From Phyllobates terribilis (lineage: Eukaryota), in contig NW_027362765.1 in the NCBI RefSeq assembly GCF_046119375.1, forward strand, positions 287,556,001-287,620,000: a DNA stretch of 64,000 nt, read 5' to 3'. The translations under genes and the position numbers were made by a program. Positions 55,281-64,000 of this stretch are shown here, one piece after another. Position 1 is the first letter of the stretch, and every line of letters starts with the position of its first letter. The notes below the pieces were generated by a model that did no database searches, was not told where the DNA came from, and saw only the letters and a list, made by a program, of their open reading frames with translations.

Positions 55281-55385
55281 GATGATCCTTGGTACGATCA
55301 ATACAGTGGTCACAAAGCCAACGAGTACAGATCAGACCCTGCAATGTAGACATGTAATATGTGCTTAGTACAGTCATTCAGCAGC

Positions 55386-55423
<38 letters not shown>

Positions 55424-55426
<3 letters not shown>

Positions 55427-57049
55427 TACAGACCAAACGTTTGGACACACCTCATTTAGAGATTTTTCTGTATTTTCATGACTATGAAAATTGTACATTC
55501 ACACTGAAGGCATCAAAACTATGAATTAACACATGTGGAATTATATACTTAACAAAAAAGTGTGAAACAACTGAAAATATGTCTTATATTCTAGGTTCTT
55601 CAAAGTAGCCACCTTTTGCTTTGATGACTGCTTTGCACACTCTTGGCATTCTCTTGATGAGGTTCAAGAGGTAGTCACCGGAAATGGTCTTCCAACAATC
55701 TTGAAGGAGTTCCCAGAGATGCTTAGCTCTTGTTGGCCCTTTTGCCTTCACTCTGTGGTCCAGCTCACCCCAAACCATCTCGATTGGGTTCAGGTCTGGT
55801 GACTGTGGAGGCCAGGTCATCTGGCGTAGCACCCCATCACTCTCCTTCTTGGTCAAATAGCCCTTACACAGCCTGGAGGTGTGTTTGGGGTCATTGTCCT
55901 GTTGAAAAATAAATGATGGTCCAACTAAACGCAAACCGGATGGAATAGCATGCCGCTGCAAGATGCTGTGGTAGCCATGCTGGTTCAGTATGCCTTCAAT
56001 TTTGAATAAATACCCAACAGTGTCACCAGCAAAGCACCCCCACACCATCACACCTCCTCCTCCATGCTTCACGGTGGGAACCAGGCATGTAGAGTCCATC
56101 CGTTCACCTTTTCTGCGTCGCACAAAGACACGGTGGTTGGAACTAAAGATCTCAAATTTGGACTCATCAGACCAAAGCACAGATTTCCACTGGTCTAATG
56201 TCCATTGCTTGTGTTCTTTAGCCCAAACAAGTCTCTTCTGCTTGTTCCCTGTCCTTAGCAGTGGTTTCCTAGCAGCTATTTTACCATGAAGGCCTGCTGC
56301 ACAAAGTCTCCTTTTAACAGTTGTTGTAGAGATGTGTCTGCTGCTAGAACTCTGTGTGGCATTGACCTGGTGTCTAATCTGAGCTGCTGTTAACCTGCGA
56401 TTTCTGAGGCTGGTGACTCGGATAAACTTATCCTCAGAAGCAGAGGTGACTCTTGGTCTTCCTTTCCTGGGGCGGTCCTCATGTGAGCCAGTTTCTTTGT
56501 AGCGCTCGATGGTTTTTGCTACTGCACTTGGGGATAGTTTCAAAGTTTTCCCAATTTTTCGGACTGACTGACCTTCATTTCTTAAAGTAATGATGCCACT
56601 AGTTTTTCTTTACTTGGCAGCTTTTTTCTTGCCATAATACAAATTCTAACAGTCTATTCAGTAGGACTATCAGCTGTGTATCCACCAGACTTCTGCACAA
56701 CACAACTGATGGTCCCAACCCCATTTATAAGGCAAGAAATCCCACTTATTAAACCTGACAGGGCACACCTGTGAAGTGAAAACCATTTCCGGTGACTACC
56801 TCTTGAAGCTCATCAAGAGAATGCTAAGAGTGTGCAAAGCAGTCATCAAAGCAAAAGGTGGCTACTTTGAAGAACCTAGAATATAAGACATATTTTCAGT
56901 TGTTTCACACTTTTTTGTTAAGTATATAATTCCACATGTGTTAATTCATAGTTTTGATGCCTTCAGTGTGAATGTACAATTTTCATATTCATGAAAATGC
57001 AGAAAAATCTTTAAATGAGAAGGTTTGTCCAAACTTTTGGTCTGTACTG
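55424..57049 (-). mobile_element. Full-length Tc1-superfamily DD38E (Intruder-type) transposon, 1626 bp, with one 5' frameshift
   Basis: Terminal inverted repeats of about 240 bp (CAGTACAGACCAAA); 319-codon open frame 55584-56543 with WSDE, QQD-38 aa-E. Confidence 0.92.
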
Positions 57050-57417
57050 TATATATATATATATTGCAATGGAAACAGCAGACAGCAATTTACTGGCAAG
57101 TGCAAGTGAGGTCACTGATCTAAATGAGGGTTTGTGAGGTTATTTGCCAGCAGAGAGCAATGCTGAGAAGCCTCCTGTCACTGGGAATATACTTAGTGCA
57201 TAAAGGCAACAGCCACGTCACAGGCAATATGCCATGGCAGAAATACACTGTAGAGAGGAGCCCATAGGACAAGACCACTGCGCACCTAAAACACGGCCTG
57301 CAGTCCACACCGCTCTTGATGCCTTATTTTTGATCCATTTTTATCAGTCATAAGATTCTTAGTCTTAGTATTTCTCTATTTTTAATAAATAATTTAATTT
57401 TGCTTTAAAAACTTTAA

Positions 57418-58260
57418 GGCTATGTGCCCAAATGCAGAAATGCTCCGGATTTTTTCCTGAGCGTTTCTACATGTCCCCTGGCAGAAAAAAACACATGCGG
57501 ATTGTACATGCGGATTGTACATGCGGATTGTACATGCGTTTTCCTGCCAGGGACATGCGGATGTGAAGCGTTCTTCACATGCATTTCTGCATGCGGGTTG
57601 ACAAGCGATTTTAGCATCACTTGGAAAGTGCTTGACAACTTGGTCACACTATATAAATCCATGCAACCGACATGGATTTATATAGTGTGACCGAAAGAAT
57701 GGTAAAAAATAAATATTAAACTTACCTTCTGATGGCCCCCGGTCTCCATAGCGATCCGTCCTGGCTTCCCGGCGGCTCGCGGTGGTCTAAAAGGACCTGT
57801 GGTGACGTCATTTAGTCATGTGACAGGTCACGCGACCGCCGACGTCAGTGGTCGCGTGACCCGTCACATGACTAAATGACGTCATGGCAAGTCCTTTTTA
57901 GACCAGGACGGATCGCTGTGGAGACCGGGGGCCATCAGAAGGTAAGTATAATGTTTATTTTTTATTTTATTCTTTTTTTTTTACAGGTTCTACGGTACCC
58001 GGGACCAGAGGAGAGTCTCCTCTTCTCCAAACCCTGGTACCATCCGCACATTGAAACGCATGATATCCGCATTTGTAGATGCAGTGATGCGGATGTCATG
58101 CGGTCCAATGCAAGCCAATGGCGGTGAAAATGCCGCGATTTCGCAAAATAATTGGTAGTGCTGCGGATTTTTCCGCAATGATAATCTGCAGCGGAAATTT
58201 CCGCAGCATGTGCACAGCACATGCGGATTATCATTGGGGAACATTGCAGGCCTTCTACCA
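57418..58260 (+). mobile_element. Fifth copy of the approximately 0.8-kb Harbinger-like MITE family
   Basis: TAA|GGCTATGTGCCCA start; same internal hairpins as 15723-22036. Confidence 0.8.
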
Positions 58261-58429
58261 AACGTTTTTTAAGCATTTCTGCAGCAGGTTAGTAACCCCA
58301 TATCTGCACTGTAATAGTGGTTTTCTGGTGACAGGTTCTATTTAAGAACTAAATTCAACGTAAAGAAGAACATGGAGTCCTGGAAGTGATGATATGGCCC
58401 CCACAGTGCCCTAATCTCAACATCATGAT

Positions 58430-58793
58430 AGGGTATTCCCATCTCCAATACTCTATCCCAATATGTAGTAGGTATTAGAATAATAATATTAACAAAAGCC
58501 TCCAATTAGAAATGTAGTATAGTCCTTCTGATTTGCTATGTCTCTTTCCTCATGTGTAGGCATTGCAGGACCTTAGGTATCCATGGTTATAACCACTGCT
58601 ATAGTGACAGTTAGCTAGCTGTTAGTGGTCATAACCATGGATACCTAAGGTCCTGCGATGCCCGCACATGAGGAAAGAGACACAGCGAATTAGAAGAACT
58701 ATACTACATTTCTAATTGGAAGTATTTACTAACATTAATTATTATTACACCTACTACATATTGGGATATGGTATTGGAGATGGGAATACCCCT
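58430..58793. mobile_element. Palindromic TTAA-type MITE (half copy at about 48745-48899)
   Basis: GGGTATTCCCATCTCCAATA / TATTGGAGATGGGAATACCC. Confidence 0.8.
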
Positions 58794-58799
58794 TTAAGC

Positions 58800-59105
58800 C
58801 TGTGTGGGATTACATGAAGAGATACAAGTATTTGTACAAGCCTACATCCACAGAAGATCTGTGTTAGTTCTCCCAGATGTTTGGAACAACCTCCCTGCTG
58901 AGTTCCTATAAAAACTGTGTGCAAGTCTACCAGAAGAAGTAGTGGTGTTCCGAAGACAAAGCGTGGTCACACCAAATATTAATGGGATTTAGATTTTTCT
59001 TTTGTTCGCTCATTTTGTTAAGAAATATATAAACTAATGACACTTTTATTTGTGAAAGCATTCTTACTTTGCAGCATTTTGCCTGCCTAAAACGTTTGCA
59101 CAGTT
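58800..59105 (+). mobile_element. Tc1 3'-end fragment
   Basis: Resembles transposase C-terminus and a terminal repeat ending TTTGCACAGT. Confidence 0.5.
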
Positions 59106-60119
59106 GTGTAATTCGTGGCTGTACAAGACACTGTGCCATTAGTGGGCATACCATTATTAAGAAAAATGGAGACCATGGGAGGCCAAGATGCTTTCTAGGT
59201 GCGATGTTGGATCACTTTGGAAGAGGTGAGAAATGGCAATTAGGGCTCGCTCACATGAGTGAGTAAATCGGACAAGTGCTACCTGATAGAAGTTTGCATA
59301 GCACTCGGACCAGTGTTATACTATAGGGTAGTGCAGATCTGTGTTTTGCAATGCCGAGTCGGCATGAGAAAAAAAACATTTGCCACATGCTGAGAGTACA
59401 TCTGATGATCGGATCGTAGTCGCCCATTCAAATCTATGGGTGTGAGTGAAAAATCTGACTGCACTCAGATATAATCTGAGTGCAGTCCGATGTACTCGCA
59501 CAGAGACAATGGAGAAATTTTGTTCTCCATCTTCTCCGCACCTGTGCGGTGATTCATAGGAGAGAATCGGATCACACTAAGGTGACACTCGGATCAAATT
59601 GTGGCAGAGTACTGTCAGAATGTCATTAGCATAATCAGCCCAATTCTCTCGCACAAGAGGATATTCACTCATGTGCCCCCGGCCTTAATCAGAGCTGGGG
59701 AAGCGGCAGCCACCCCGTCCCCAGCAGAAGACCCGGCATGTCTGCTGGGCGTTATCCCCAGTCCGGCAGAGCTCAGGCCGCAGTGACACGCAGGTCGTCC
59801 ATACATCCGTCCTTGCCTTTCCTACCATTAGTTGTAGACTATGGCCACGCGGAGCCTTCGCACTGTGCCCTATTAGTCCAGCACCCGGGTCACAAGTGGG
59901 GGGCTGCTGTGCCAGTCTTACACCGTGGCTAGGAGGTCACATGCCACCTGCAACCATGTGCCCATCAGAGGTGGCCCCAGCTCTATAATCAGCTGTCTGG
60001 TAGTCCTACTACAGGATGATAGGGAGAACCACAAGTCTCAGCCAGTTAGAGGTGCCCGGATTTAGCACCAGAGGATAACACTATATGAAATGACAACTCT
60101 GCATTCTGCACCGGTCAGG

Positions 60120-60600
60120 GCCTGCTGGGAGATGTAGTTCCCCCACCGGTTGCAGCCCTGACTAGGTGCAGTAAGAATGATGCAATCCATCATCACTGAA
60201 ATCACAGTGACGTGTCTGATGTAACTCCATGACACGTGTCGTCCCAGCGCCCCCTTCCTGTCCTTTACCTCCGCTCTGGCTTCTCCTCTTGCCTTCGCCG
60301 TCAGCTGCACGTCGTCCTCCTCTTCCTTCGCGGCTTCGCACACTTTGCAGGACACAATACCGGTACCGAGTTACCGGGTGTCAGCGAAAGCCCCGCCCTC
60401 AATGCTAGATTATTCATGCCACGCCCTTTTAGTGTTTCTCCATAGGAAGCCTTCGCAGCCACGCCCACTGTATTATTGCCCAGGCACCGCCCTCATGCCG
60501 CATGGCTTAGATCAAATCGACACGCCCCTTTATCGAATGCCACCAATAACAGCCGTTCTAGCAAGCCCCGCCCATTTCCCTAAAGAGCCAGTGACAGCCT
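60120..60600 (-). promoter_or_regulatory. Candidate PYCR1 promoter, non-coding exon 1 (donor GAG|gtaaag at 60268) and start of intron 1
   Basis: CpG-rich; several GC boxes 60389-60572; TGATGCAAT 60178-60186; TGATGTAAC 60217-60225; ACTACAtcTCCCAG on the minus strand at 60125-60138. Confidence 0.6.
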
Positions 60601-61522
60601 GTGTAGCTGTAGGGGGCGGTATGGGGATGAATGGCTGTGCTGGCTCCCTGTGAGGAGTGAACATGTGATGCCGCCCCTGCTGGTTGTCACTGTCAGCAGC
60701 CCCGGACCACCTCTTATACAGTGTGAGAAGCCTCCAGTCACCTCTGGCTGCACCTCGTCATTAGGGCGCTGTGCCCAGGTCAGGGACTTCTGGTTAAAGG
60801 GGTTGTCCAGCTAGAAGCAAGCCTATGACAACTTATAGATAGCAGGGAGTCCGCCTGCTGGGCCCGCACCGATCAGCAGCATGGGAGCTGTTACCCCTGT
60901 TAGTATGGAGCAGCATTCTCTATGGGGCTGCGGTGCTGCTCTGGGATTATTCAGACAGCCTCATATGAACTGAATGGAGCAGCTGTGGGGGCCTCCGACC
61001 TGCGGCGACATCTAACAGGGATTGGAGACCCCCGATATGCCGATCAGTTCCCAGTGCTCAGCCAGTTATCACCTGTGGATAGTTGATAAGTTGTTTAAAC
61101 CGGACGACCCCTTTAACACTGATCCAGGCGGTTTAATCCCTCATATATAGATTTTAAATCTTCCATACAGTTCCTGAGATATGGGCATTTTTATTCAATA
61201 CCATTTTTTGGGGGGTCTTAATAAGGGGGTGGTGGGTGCAGGGTAATTATACAGAGCAGCCTAAAAGTGCGACCCCAGAGAGTCCGGTGAGCCACAAGGG
61301 TATCAAGACCATAAAAAATAGCACTAAAGAAAAAGGCCTATATCTCTGGAGCCATAAGGAAGATTAAAAAACAAGTCTTCTTCCAGTTCCATTATCACGT
61401 CCTTAGAAGGTTGAAGGCCATGCGTCTGTTAAGAAGTACGTCCGGGGTATGTGGGCAGTTCTTGAGACAAGCTTGGTCAGATAGTTACCCTCTGCTGGCT
61501 GTACTTGACATATATCTATTAA

Positions 61523-61760
61523 AGGGGTTTTCCAGTGAACAATTTATCAATAGATCTTGGAATAATAATAATTTCCACAATGGGATGTGATATAATAAAA
61601 TGTTCCTGTGCTGAGATAATCTTATAAATGTGCCCCTGCTATGTGCTGTGTAATGGCCGTGTCTGACCGTGCTGGAAAATGGTCTGATCATACCACAGCT
61701 CCTGGGCAGGGGAGGAAGCAAAAGAGTATACAGACATTACAGCAGGGGATCACAGCTGCT
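61523..61760 (+). mobile_element. Truncated copy of the 37801 MITE family
   Basis: TTAA|AGGGGTTTTCC start and alignable body. Confidence 0.75.
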
Positions 61761-61969
61761 GGCAGTGGTGTAACTAGAGTTCGATTGGTTCCGATTTGTA
61801 CCTGGGCCCCTTTCCCACCGCATGTTGGTCATATGTATGGGCCCTTGTAGTGTTCTAAATCTTATAAGGACATACAAGTTGCACCTCCTCCCCCATTATG
61901 TAGTAATGTCCCCCATCTTGGGCTCCTTCCTTGTATATATGTCACTTATCCTGGCCCCATCCTGATATA

Positions 61970-63518
<1,549 letters not shown>

Positions 63519-64000
63519 TATATGTCCTCCATCCTCGTATATATGTCCCTTATCGTGGAATATATATTCCCCTTCCTGGTATATATGTTCCGTTTCCTAG
63601 GCCCCACCCTGGTATATACTGTATATATCCTCCATCCTGATCCCTTATCCTGGGCCCCATCCTGATATACTGTATGTCTCTCATCCTGGTATATATGTCC
63701 CTCATACTGGCCCCATCATGGTATATATATTCCCCCATCCTGGTATATGTCCCTTATCCTGGGCCCCATCCTGGTATATATATCCTCCATCCTGGTATAT
63801 ATGTACCTCACACTGGCCCCATCCTGGTATATATATTCCACCAACCTGGTATATATGTCCCTTATCCTGGGCCCCATCCTGGTATATATATCCTCCATCC
63901 TGGTATATATGTCCCTCATACTGGCCCCATCCTGGTATATATATTCCCCCCATCCTGGTATATGTCCCTTATCCTGGGCCCCATTCTGATATATATGTCC
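63519..64000. repeat. Compound minisatellite built on CCCCATCCTGGTATATAT, open at the right edge; also at 61905-61970
   Basis: Direct reading. Confidence 0.95.

Noticed and set aside
60062-60355. Acidic ORF as a PYCR1 N-terminal extension
   Set aside because: No ATG; splicing to 55338 is out of frame with the PYCR1 start, which has an upstream in-frame stop.
63550-63989. GYIYQD / DIYTRM repeat ORFs
   Set aside because: Translation of the terminal minisatellite.

Overview
Vertebrate DNA, most likely an anuran frog (inferred from the repeat families and protein divergence); not prokaryotic, no CRISPR. Three minus-strand genes lie in the same order as the human SIRT7-MAFG-PYCR1 block: SIRT7 coding exons 1-6 (9083-15565; the rest lies left of the window), the complete MAFG CDS (163 aa) and the complete PYCR1 CDS (7 exons, 319 aa). 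All exon boundaries were read by hand and are GT-AG. The remainder is repeat-rich: a >5.8 kb 49-bp tandem array that grew inside a small DNA transposon, CR1 and L2 LINE fragments, several Tc1-type elements including a near-intact DD38E copy, many TTAA-, TWA- and TA-flanked MITEs, and a 149-N gap. The most unusual object is a 3.1 kb DIRS tyrosine-recombinase retroelement (18305-21422). It has lost RT/RNase H but keeps both inverted termini, its internal complementary region, an open recombinase frame with all catalytic residues, and a 101-aa mini-gag that is in frame only after removing a GT-AG intron. Also notable are two hammerhead-ribozyme-like remnants, a perfect palindromic MARE inside MAFG, and paired ATF4-type CARE sites in the inferred PYCR1 intron 1. 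No databases were searched; family names come from motif recall.
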